Of a DNA stretch of 36,315 bases, positions 24,190-35,567 are shown in pieces. Numbering within the stretch: position 1 is the stretch's first letter; every line of letters begins with the position of its first letter. The stretch is from positions 6,725,409 through 6,761,723 of the forward strand of contig NC_057759.1 of assembly GCF_004010195.1 (NCBI RefSeq). Reading direction: 5' to 3'. The notes under the pieces were generated by a model. That model was given only the letters and a program-made list of their open reading frames with translations, did no database searches and was not told the DNA's origin. The translations under genes and the position numbers were made by a program. The DNA is from Chiloscyllium plagiosum. Lineage: Eukaryota.

Positions 24190-26739
24190 AAAGATTTAGT
24201 GAGATAATAGAACACAGAACATGACAGCACAGTTTTTTAGATTACTTACAATGTGGAAACAGGCCCTTCAGCCCAACAAGTCCACACCGACCCGCCGAAG
24301 CGTAACCCACCCATACCCCTACATTTACCCCTTACCTAACACTATGGACAATTTAGCATGGACAATTTAGCATGGCCAATTCACCTGACGTGAATTGGCC
24401 ATCTTTGGACTGTGAGAGGAAACCAGATCACCCGGAGGAAACCCACGCAGACACGGGGAGATCGTGCAAACTCCACACAGTCAGTAACGTGAGGCGGGAA
24501 TTGAACCCGGGTCTCTCTGGCGCTGTGAGGCAGCAGTGCTAACCACTGTGCCACCGTGCCCCCCACAGTTCACTATTCCATTTTCATCCATATATCTATC
24601 CAATGACCATTTAAATGTCCATAATGTTGGCGAGTCTGCTACAGTTGCAGGCAGAACATTCCACACCTCTACTACTCTGAGTAAAGAAACTACTCTGACA
24701 TTTGTTTTATATTTATCACCCCTCAATTTAAGGTGCTGTCCTCTCATGCTAGCCATCACCATCGGAGGAATAAGGCTCGCACTGTCCACACTATCTAACC
24801 CTCTGATTATTTTAGATGTCTCTATGAAGCCACCTCTCCACCTTCCTCTGTCTAATGAAGCCTCATGTCCCTCAGCCTTTCCTCATAAGACATTCCCTCC
24901 AGACCAGGCAACATTCCAGTAAATCACCTCTGAACCTTTTCCAAAGCTTCCACATCCTTCCTGTGATGCGGTGACTAGAAGTGGACGCAATTTTCCAAGT
25001 GCGGCCACACCAGAGTTTTGTAGAGCTGCAGCATGACCTCATGGGTCCAAAACTCAATCCCTCGTCCAATAAAAGCTAACACATCGTATGCCTTCTTAAC
25101 AACCCGATCAACCTGGGTGGCAACTTTCAGGGATCTATGTACATGTACAAAGAGATCTTTCTGCTCGTCTGCACTGCCAAGAACCTTACCATTAGCCCCT
25201 TACTCTTTATTCCTATTGCTCTTTAAAAGTGAATAATCTCACACATTTCCTTATTAAACTCCATTTGTCACCTCTCAGCCCAGCTCTGCAGCTTATCGAT
25301 GTCCCCCGTAACCTGCAACATCCTTCAGCACTGTCCACAACTCCACTGACCTTAGTGTCATCCGCAAATTTACAAACTGATCTTGCTGTACCCTCACCCA
25401 AAAGAGATCCTTGTGATACACCACTAGTAACTGACTGCAGGATGGACATTTCCCATCATCCACCACCCTCTGTCTTCTTTCAGCTAGCCAATGTCTGAGC
25501 GAAGCTGCTAAATCATCCTCAATCCCATGCCTCCATGTTTTGGGCAGTAGTCTACCTTTGGGAACCTTAATGAAAACACCTAATCAAACACCTTACTGAA
25601 ATCCACATACATTGCATCAACTGCTTTATCCTCATCAAAGATTTAGTGAGATAATAGAACACAGAACATGACAGCACAGTTCACTATTCCATTTTCATCC
25701 ATATGTCTATCCAATGACCATTTAAATGTTCATAATGTTGGTGAGTCTACTACAGTTGCAGGCAGAACATTCCACACCTCTACTACTCTGATATAAAGAC
25801 ACTACTCTGACATTTGTCTTATATATAATCACCCCTCAATTTAAGGTGCTGTCCTCTCATGCTAGCCATCACCATCGGAGGAATAAGCTCTCACTGCCCA
25901 CACTATCTAACCCTCTGATTATTTTATGTATCTCTATGAAGCCACCTCTCCACCTTCCTCTCTCTAATGAAGCCTCATGTCCCTCAGCCTTTCCTCATAA
26001 GACATTCCCTCCAGACCAGGCAACATTCCAGTAAATCACCTCTGAACCCTTTCCAAAGCTTCCACATCCTTCCTGTGATGCGGTGACTAGAAGTGGACGC
26101 AATTTTCGAAGGGTGGCCACACCAGAGTTTTGTAGAGCTGCAGCATGACCTCATGGGTCCAAAACTCAATATCTCTCCCAAATAACGCTAAACTTCTAAA
26201 CAACCCTATCAACCTGGGTGGCAACTTTCAGGGATCTATGTACATGTACACAGAGATCTTTCTGCTCGTCTGCACTGCCAAGAACCTTACCATTAGCCCC
26301 GTACTCTTTATTCCTATTGCTCCCTTAAAAGTGAATAATCTCACACTTTTCCTTATTAAACTCCATTTTTCACCTCTCAGCCCAGCTCTGCAGCTTATCT
26401 ATGTCCCCCTGTAACCTGCAACATCCTTCAGCACTGTCCACAACTCCACTGACCTTAGTGTCATCCGCAAATTTACAAACTGATCCTCCTACACCCTCAC
26501 CCAAAACAGATCCTTGCGATACACCACTAGTAACTGACTGCAGAATGAACATTTCCCATCATCCACCACCCTCTGTCTTCTTTCAGCTAGCCAATCTCTG
26601 AGTGAAGCTGCTAAATTACCCTCAATCCCATGCCTCCATGTTTTGGGCAGTAGCCTACCTTTGGGAACCTTAATGAAAACACCTAATCAAACACCTTACT
26701 GAAATCCACATACATTGCATCAACTGCTTTATCCTCATC
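24190..26739. repeat. Tandem duplication with units 24190-25636 and 25637-26739
   Basis: Both units start aaagatttagtgagataatagaacacag and end ctgctttatcctcatc; unit 1 also carries an HE1 SINE. Confidence 0.92.
24235..24563 (-). mobile_element. HE1 SINE with 7-bp TSD CACAGTT
   Basis: Same A box, B box and V domain as 11700; TSD at 24228-24234 and 24564-24570; empty site at 25675-25681. Confidence 0.93.
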
Positions 26740-29364
26740 CACCTACTTGGTCGCCTTCTTAAAGAACTCAATAAGGTTTGTGAGGCATGACCTACCCTTG
26801 ACAAAACTATATTGACTATTCCGAAACAACTTGTTCTGATCGAGACGATTATAAATCCTGTCTCTTCTAGCCTTTTCCAACACTTTACCCACAACCAAAG
26901 AAAGGCTCACTGGTCTATAATTACCAGGGTGGTCCGTACTCCCCTTCTTGAACAAGGGGACAACACTTGCTTTCTTCCAGTCTTCTGACACTATTCCTGT
27001 ACACAATGACGATATAAAGATCAAAGCCAAAGGCTCTGCAATCTCCTCCCTGGCTTCCCAGAGAATCCTAGGATAAATCCCATCTGGCCCAGAGGTTTAT
27101 CTATTTTCACAATTTGCAGAATTGCTAACACATCCTCCTTGTGAACCCATCTAGTCTAGTAGCCTGTCACTCAGTATTGTCCTCGAAAACATTGTCTTTT
27201 GCCAGTGTGAATACCGATCGAAAATGTTCATTTAGCACTTCGCCTACCTCCTCAGGCACCACACACAACTTCCTACCCCTGTCCTTGATTGGCCTGAATC
27301 TTATTCTAGTCATTCTTTTGTTCCTGATATTGCTATAGAAAGCTTTAGCATTTTCCTTAATTCTATCTGCCAAAGACTTCTCTTGTCCCCTCCTGGATCT
27401 TCTTAGTTCTCTCTTTCGGTCTTTCCTGGCTATCTTGTAACTCTCAAGCACCTTAGCTGTGCCTTCACGTCTCATCGTAACATAGCCTTCTTCTTCCTCT
27501 TGACAAGAGATCAACTTCCTTAGTAAACGAAGGCTGCCTCACTCGTCCACGTCCTCCCTGCCTGACAGATACATGCTAATCAAGGACACACTGTAGCTGT
27601 TCCTTGAATAAGCTCCACATTTCAATTGTGCCATCCGCTGCGGTTTCCTTTCCCATCCTATGCATCATAAATCTTGCCCACTCGTACCATAATTGCTTTT
27701 TCCCCCAGTTATGAATCTTGCCCTGTGGCATATACCTATCCCTTTCCTTCGCTAAAGTAAACATAACTAAATTGTGGTCACGCTCACCAAAGTGCTCACC
27801 TGCCTCCAAATCGAACATCTGGCCGGGTTCATTACCCAGTCCCAAATCCATTGCTGCCTTGCACCTGGCCTGTCTACACACTGTGTCAGGAAACCCTTCT
27901 GCACACATTGGACAAAAACTGACCCATTTTCAGTCAATATTTTGAAAATTTAAAGTCTCCCAGAACAACTACCCTGTTACATTGACTCTTATTCCAGAAT
28001 CATCTTTACAATCCTTTCCTCTACATCTCTGGAACTATTCTGAGGCTTATAGAAAACTCCCAACAGAGTGACCTCTCCTTTCCTGTTTCTAACCTCAGCC
28101 AATATTACCTCATTAGACAAGTCCTCATGCATCCTTTCTGCGCCGTAATACTGCCCTTAACTAACAATGCCCTACCTCCCCTTCTTTTGCCATCTTCTCT
28201 GTCCATACTGAAACATCTAAATCCCAGAACCTATGACAACCATTCCTGTCCCTGCTTGATCCATGTGTCCGAAATGGCGACAACCTCAAAGTCCCAGATA
28301 GCAACCCATGCTGCAAGTTCACCCAGCTTATTCTGCATGCTCCTGGCATTGAAGTAGGTTCAAACACTTCAAACCACCTTCCTGTTTGCTGGTGCACTCC
28401 TGCGACATTGAAACCATATTTCTGACCTCACTACGCTCAACCTTTGGACACAGGAACTACAATTTGGGTTCCCATCCCCCTATTGAATTTGTATAAACCC
28501 TCCTGAAGAGCATTAGCAAACATCCCCCAGGATATTGGTATCCCTCTGCTTCAGGTGTAGACCATCATGTTTGTAGAAGTCCCATGTACCCCAAGGTCCC
28601 TTTTTCCTCAGGGATCCAAAACTCTCCCTCCCACCCCATCCCTTTAGGTACATGTTGAAATCCTCTCTCCCGATTCTTCATCTTGCTAGCATGTGGCATG
28701 GGCAACTAGCCAGAGTTAACAACTCTGCTTGTTCTAGCTCCAAGCTTCCACCCTAGCTCCCTGACTTTCTGCCTTAAATCCGCATCCCTTGTCCTACTTA
28801 TGTAGTTAGTGCCTTTGTGGACCATGACTTGGGCAGCTCCCGCTCCTCCTCAAGGATCCCAAAATCACGATCTGTGATATCATGAATCCTGGCACCTGGG
28901 AGGCAACAATCCAACCATGAGTCTCTCTCTTTCCCACAGAACATCCTATCTGTCCCTTTAACTATGGAGAACCCAATGCGCTGTTTCTCTTCCCCACTTC
29001 ACATCTAAGCAACAGGGACAGACTCTGTGCCAGAGACTTACTGGTAAGTCTGCCCCACACCAATACTATCTGAAACGGTATCTTGTTGTTAAGGAGAATA
29101 GCAACAGGGGATCCCTGCGCTGTCTGCTAGTTCCCTTTCAGTCCCCTGACTGTGACCCATTGGACATTTTCTTGTCCCCAAGGTGTGACTATCTCCCTGT
29201 AACTCCTCACAGGATAAGGGAGCTGACTAGAGCTGCTCGTTTTATCTGTTTGCGAGAAGAATTCAACAGTTTCATTTTTCAAAAATCTTAGTTTGACTGT
29301 TGCACTTTCCTCCACTGCTTGAGAGAAAATCAAAGTCCTTCTCCCTTCCTCCTCCTCTCCGTAG

Positions 29365-29389
29365 AGCCACATATTGTGTCCCAATGATG
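29365..29389 (+). other. Candidate 25-nt micro-exon (duplicate at 31350-31374)
   Basis: Acceptor ccttctcccttcctcctcctctccgtag|, exon agccacatattgtgtcccaatgatg, donor |gtgagc; lies in a small unique island between CR1s. Confidence 0.5.
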
Positions 29390-29529
29390 GTGAGCACCAT
29401 CACAATACAGACCAGGATAATTAACACCTACCTTTACTTCAACAGTCTTCAAATAATTATATCACTGTGCACTGAGAAAGAAATACTAATTCTGACCTTG
29501 ATCGGGTGGGTCAGTGGGCCCAAGAAGTG

Positions 29530-29886
29530 NNNNNNNNNNNNNNNNNNNNNNNNNNNNNNNNNNNNNNNNNNNNNNNNNNNNNNNNNNNNNNNNNNNNNNN
29601 NNNNNNNNNNNNNNNNNNNNNNNNNNNNNNNNNNNNNNNNNNNNNNNNNNNNNNNNNNNNNNNNNNNNNNNNNNNNNNNNNNNNNNNNNNNNNNNNNNNN
29701 NNNNNNNNNNNNNNNNNNNNNNNNNNNNNNNNNNNNNNNNNNNNNNNNNNNNNNNNNNNNNNNNNNNNNNNNNNNNNNNNNNNNNNNNNNNNNNNNNNNN
29801 NNNNNNNNNNNNNNNNNNNNNNNNNNNNNNNNNNNNNNNNNNNNNNNNNNNNNNNNNNNNNNNNNNNNNNNNNNNNNNNNNNNNNN
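29530..29886. other. Assembly gap (357 N)
   Basis: Run of N. Confidence 1.
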
Positions 29887-31859
29887 CACACATTGGACAA
29901 AAACTGACCCATTTTCAGTCAATATTTTGAAAATTTAAAATCTCCCAGAACAACTATCCTGTTACATTGACTCTTATTCCAGAATCATCTTTACAATCCT
30001 TTCCTCTACATCTCTGGAACTATTCTGAGGCTTATAGAAAACTCCCAACAGAGTGGCTTCTCCTTTCCTGTTTCTAACCTCAGCCAATATTACCTCATTA
30101 GACAAGTCCTCATGCATCCTCTCTGCGCCGTAATACTGTCCTTAACTAACAATGCCCTACCTCCCCTTCTTTTGCCATCTTCTCTGTTCATACTGAAACA
30201 TCGAAATCCCGGAACCTATGACAACCATTCCTGTCCCTGCTTGATCCATGTGTCCGAAATGGCGACAACCTCAAAGTCCCAGATAGCAACCCATGCTGCA
30301 AGTTCACCCAGCTTATTCTGCATGCTCCTGGCATTGAAGTAGGTTCAAACACTTCAAACCACCTTCCTGTTTGCTGGTGCACTCCTGCGACATTGAAACC
30401 ATATTTCTGATCTCACTACGCTCAACCTTTGGACACAGGAACTACAATTTAGGTTCCCATCCCCCTATTGAATTTGTTTAAACCCCCCTGAAGAGCATTA
30501 GCAAACTTCCCCCAGGATATTGGTACCTCTCTGCTTCAGGTGTAGACCATCATGTTTGTAGAAGTCCCATGTACCCCAAGGTCCCTTTTTCCTCAGGGAT
30601 CCAAAACTCTCCCTCCCACCCCATCCCTTTAGGTACATGTTGAAATCCTCTCTCCCGATTCTTCACCTTGCTAGCATGTGGCATGGGCAACTAACCAGAG
30701 TTAACAACTCTGCTTGTTCTAGCTCCAAGCTTCCACCCTAGCTCCCTGACTTTCTGCCTTAAATCCGCATCCCTTGTCCTACTTATGTAGTTAGTGCCTA
30801 TGTGGACCATGACTTGGGCAGCTCCCGTTCCTCTTCAAGGATCCCAAAATCACGATCTGTGATATCATGAATCCTGGCACCTGGGAGGCAACAATCCAAC
30901 CATGAGTCTCTCTCTTTCCCACAGAACATCCTATCTGTCCCTTTAACTATGGAGAACCCAATGCGCTGTTTCTCTTCCCCACTTCACATCTAAGCAACAG
31001 GGACAGACTCTGTGCCAGAGACTTACTGGTAAGTCTGCCCCACACCAATACTATCTGAAACGGTATCTTGTTGTTAAGGAGAATAGCAACAGGGGATCCC
31101 TGCGCTGTCTGCTAGTTCCCTTTCAGTCCCCTGACTGTGACCCATTGGACATTTTCTTGTCCCCAAGGTGTGACTATCTCCCTGTAACTCCTCACAGGAT
31201 AAGGGAGCTGACTAGAGCTGCTCGTTTTATCTGTTTGCGAGAAGAATTCAACAGTTTCATTTTTCAAAAATCTTAGTTTGACTGTTGCACTTTCCTCCAC
31301 TGCTTGAGAGAAAATCAAAGTCCTTCTCCCTTCCTCCTCCTCTCCGTAGAGCCACATATTGTGTCCCAATGATGGTGAGCACCATCACAATACAGACCAG
31401 GATAATTAACACCTACCTTTACTTCAACAGTCTTCAAATAATTATATCACTGTGCACTGAGAAAGAAATACTAATTCTGACCTTGATCGGGTGGGTCAGT
31501 GGGCCCAAGAAGTGACAGATGGAATTTAGTTTGGATACATGTGAGGTGTTAGATTTTGATAAGACAAACCAGGGCAGGACTTGTACACTTGATGGTGGGG
31601 TCTTGGGGATTGTTGCTGAACAATGAGACCGAGGGGCGCAGGTGCATATTTCCTTGAAAATAGAGTCACCAGTGGACAGGGCGGTGAAAAAGGCATTGGG
31701 CATGCATGTCTTCATTGGTTAGAACATTGAGTGCAGGAGTTGGGCTGTCAGGAAGTCCGTGATGCCACTTTTGCAAGATTGCAAACAGTGCTTATCACCC
31801 TTCACCAGGAAGGATGTTTTAAACTTGAGATGGTGCAGAAAACATTTCAAAGGATTTTA

Positions 31860-34295
31860 TGGTTATAGAGTCATACAGCATAGAAACAGACCCTTCAGTC
31901 CACCATGTCCATGATGTCCAACAATCACCAAACTGCATTCATCCCATTGACCTGCACTTGGCCCACAGCCAACTATGCCCTGGTTTCCTTAACGGCACAT
32001 CCAGATGCTGCTTCAATGCTGTGAGAGTATTCCATCACACTCTCAGGCAGCATATTACAAACTTTACCCACCATCTACCTCAAAATATTTTTCTTAGATA
32101 TCTGCTAAACTGCTTTCCCCACAACTTCAACTTGTGCCCTCTGGTCTCAGACACATCTGCCAAGGAGAGAAAGATTCTCACAATCTACTCTGTCTACATC
32201 TTCCACAATTTAGTATATCTCAGTCAGATCCTCCCTCAACCTCCTCTGCTCCAAGGAAACCAAACCCAGCTCATACGACCTCCCCTTTTGATGGAAACTT
32301 TCCAACCCACTACATCGGCTGCAGTCAATCCCATCCTTTAGAATTGTGTGACAATCAGAACTGCACATAGTAGTTGATCTGCTTTAAAAAGGTGATCTGT
32401 TTTATAAAGCTCTTATATTCAACAGCTCCGGTACTGAAGGAAAGCATTCTGTATGCCTTCTTCAGAAGCCTGTCTGCCTGTGCTGACACCTTCTGGGATA
32501 TGTAGACTTGTACACCAAGGTCCCTTTGTTCCTCAGTACTCCCTAGGGACCAATCCTTCATTGTATAATTCTTTCCCTTATTAGACCACCCAATATGCAT
32601 TACCTCACAGTTATCAGGATTAAATTCCATCTGTCATTGCAGTACCCAATATCCTCATACTGGAGCCTGAGACCATCCCCCTCACTGTCAACAACACAGC
32701 CAACTTTCATGTCATAGAGCAAAGAACAATGCAGCACAGGAACAGGCCCTTTGCACTCCAAGGCTACACTGAAACATTTAATACTTCCACATGAAAACTT
32801 CATCTGCAGGCTTACTAATTATACATGCTACATTCACATCCAATTGTTAATATGTACTTAACAAGCAGCAAGGGTCCCAGCACTGATCCCTGTGGGACAC
32901 CACTGGTCACAGGCTTCCAGTCACAAACACAACCCTCCACCATCATAGTTTGCATCCTGTCTGCAAGCTCATTTCAGATCCAGTTTGCTTAAGACTCCAA
33001 GAGCCAATCTTGGACCAGTCTTTTATATGGGACTTTGTCAAAGGCTGTCGGGGTGGCCTGTACCAGGCCAAAATAGAGTAGCCCATGCCTGTTAACACAA
33101 ACTGGTGTGTAAGTGTAAAATAGAATTAAACAGCAGGTTGTGAAACAGAATGGCAGGCAGAATCTAAGCTTTACAGCGCACTCACACAATAAGGTAAAAT
33201 GATACCATTGAACAAGCCATTCCAAGGACCCAGCCTGTTCCAATTTGAAACAGTTCTGACAAGCAGACCGAAGGTCCGCTAAATGAGTAACTCCAGCCAC
33301 ATTAAATGAAAGGGTAATTGTCCCAGTTACTGAACAGACACCAGGTGCTAGTTGCAGCCCATTAATGCCCTAAAACAGCTGACGGTGCAACAGCTAAAGT
33401 TATCTTATAGTACTCAGTTTCTTTAAGTAAGTTTGAATATTACAAAAAATTCTCATTAAGAGTCTTAGCATCGTCACAGTAGTTTTCAGTATAAAAAAAT
33501 AGGTGCATAATACCAAAGTATAAAGAGGAAAAGAAGCATTTAAACCTGGAAGTGAAGGTTAGTTACCTTTAGGTAACGCAACAGTTGGGGCAAATAAATT
33601 ACTTCACACTTTGTAACTAACTTTTTATAATAAAAATTAAAATTACAAGTCTATGGCAAGTAAGTCAAAATAAGCTGTCCTTTGTTTTTTCTTCATATAT
33701 TCCCCACTGCCCTAATTATATCAGAGGAGCAATTGATCTTGATAAAATGGAATACAATGTATAACAACATTTAACTGTCCTGCGGGACAAGCTAGCCTGA
33801 GAGAAACCTGAAGGTGTATCGCACATAACTTTGGAATGTAAATGAATAGGATGCATAGAAAGATCACAAGGCCAAGTGATTACAATTTCCGCTAAACTCT
33901 GAGAGGTCAGGGGATCCTGGGGCAGTCCATAAAAATGCCCATCATTGATTAGGTATCTCATTGAATAGGATATGCAAAGTAGGAGAGAGGAACATCATAA
34001 TAAAGTTGTATGTGATTGTTATCAGAAAGTTTATTAAAAATATTGCTTTTTATTGTAAAATCAGAGTGTGTCATAGACCTCTGTTCTGAGGCCAGTCTCG
34101 GAGGACTGTCCTTTGTCCTCTCAGAGGCCGTCTACCTGCACTAACCGGTATCTGGTTGAATAAACACCCACCACTTGCCTGAATACTGCCTGCCTGCTGA
34201 GTCTTTCATCCCTGGTCGGGGGTTATGCCTCGACAATGGCCTGACTGAAGTACATGTAAACCAAATCATCTGCTGTACTCTCATCAGTATGCTTC
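31860..34295 (-). mobile_element. Decayed CR1 fragment nested in the + strand CR1 and split by a solo LTR
   Basis: ORF 32355-32630 (MEFNPDNCEVMHIG..EQRDLGVQV); the RT motif DFS.AFDKVP is split between 34241-34260 and 33025-33045. Confidence 0.82.
33046..34235 (+). mobile_element. Solo LTR (1190 bp) of an ERV or LTR retrotransposon
   Basis: Termini TGTCGGGG and CCTCGACA (7/8 inverted match); 5-bp TSD aaggc (33041-33045) and atggc (34236-34240); AATAAA at 34159-34164; interrupts a CR1 RT motif cleanly. Confidence 0.8.
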
Positions 34296-34659
34296 ATTAC
34301 CAGGACTGGGGGTTTTGAGTTATAGCGAAAGGCTGAACAGGCTGTTGCTTTGTTCCCTGGACTGTCGGAGAATCAGATGTGACCTTTACACAGGATGTGA
34401 AAATCATGATGGGCATGATAGGGTGAATAGCCAAGGTCTTTTCCAGAGTATGGGTGTGTGCAAAAATAGAGGCCACAGGTTTAATTTGTGGAGAAAGGAT
34501 TTAAGAAGGACCTAAGGGGTTACGTTATGCTTGTATGGAATGAGCTACCAGAGGAAGTGGAGGTGGTGGGTACAATTACAACATTTTATAGGCACCTGGA
34601 TATGTACAAGAATAGGAACAGTTTAGAGGGATATGCACCAAGTGCTGGCGAATGGGACT

Positions 34660-34851
34660 AGCCATGGTGTTCAGGTGCCAGCATTGCACTGGGGTGGACA
34701 ATGTTACAAATCACACAACACCAGTTTCTCAGACAACAGGTTTATTTGAAAGCACTAGCTTTCAGTGCACTGCTCCGTCATAGCTCTAAAAGCTAGTGTT
34801 CCCACATAAACCTGTGGGTACTATAACCTGGTGTCGTGAGATCTTAATTTA
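34660..34851. mobile_element. Palindromic Penelope-derived insertion, a different family from 2340
   Basis: tcacacaacaccag..acaggtttatttgaaagcactagcttt is inverted against aaagctagtgttcccacataaacctgt..ctggtgtcgtgaga; 9-bp TSD aatgggact at 34651-34659 and 34852-34860. Confidence 0.72.
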
Positions 34852-35255
34852 AATGGGACTCGGTCAGATCAGGATCTCTGGTCAGCAATAACAGCTTGGA
34901 CCAAAGGATCTGTTTCTGTGCTGTAGAACTGTGTGACTCTCTAAAGGCCACAGCTTGACTCCGCACTATCGGAGTTGCAAAAGTCCTTGACTCTGAAGAA
35001 CAGCAAAGATCCTTTCTGTGACAATGTGCTGTGGTTTCACTTGTCTGTGAATCCTACAGATACAGTCAAAGAAAATAAGATCTTTCCCATTCACTTCAGG
35101 AAACATGAACTTAAAACTCTCTCCTTTGCTAACTGGCTGTCCACTTAACAGCAAACATTTAAACTGCTCAGTAACACAATGCAGGAAGATTGAAGCAGGA
35201 TTAATCGAGTGTGGGAATCCTTCCTGTATTATTACAACTGTTCCTTTCAAAAATC

Positions 35256-35567
35256 TTTTGGCACAGTGGCTCAGTAGTTAGCACTGTTGCCTCACAGCAT
35301 CAGAGTCCCAGGTTCGAATGAAACTTTGGGTGACTGTGTGGAGTTTGCACATTCACCCTGTGTCTGTATGGGTTTCCTCCGGGTACTCCGGTTTCCTCCC
35401 ACAGTCCAAAGATGTGCAGGTCAGGTGAATTGGCCATGCTTAAGTTGTCAATTAGGTGCATTGTTCAGAGGGAAAAGATGTTTGGGTGGGTTTCTCTTCG
35501 GAGGGTCGGTGTGGACCTGTTGGGCTGAAGGGCCTGTTTCCACACTGTAGGAAATCTAATCTAATCT
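35256..35567 (+). mobile_element. HE1 SINE
   Basis: ggcacagtggctcagtagttagc, ggttcgaat, V domain and (aatct)n tail; possible TSD aaaaatc at 35249-35255 and 35568-35574. Confidence 0.9.

Larger units (their letters stand above)
24190..29220 (-). mobile_element. Long decayed CR1 LINE (ORF1 to 3' tail) whose 3' ~1.1 kb is tandemly duplicated
   Basis: KFADDTK in both 25213-25449 and 26370-26552; PLFKKG..PGNYRPVSL in 26743-27030; APE remnants at 27576-28400; ORF1-like sequence at 28480-29220. Confidence 0.88.
27902..31514. repeat. Near-identical 1628-bp direct repeats (27902-29529 and 29887-31514) flanking a 357-N gap
   Basis: Constant offset of 1985; ORFs 29127-29384 and 31112-31369 translate identically. 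Confidence 0.95.
31470..34942 (+). mobile_element. Decayed CR1 3' fragment in three pieces (~31470-31858, 34299-34659, 34852-34942) separated by nested insertions
   Basis: cagaaaacatttcaaaggat near 31850 continues as ccaggactgg..ttatagcgaaaggctgaacagg near 34300; ORF 34315-34515 reads SYSERLNRL..NRGHRF; 3' tail at ~34900-34942. Confidence 0.75.

Noticed and set aside
34966..35250. 94-aa minus-strand ORF
   Set aside because: Non-ATG start, no recognisable motif and no splice support.
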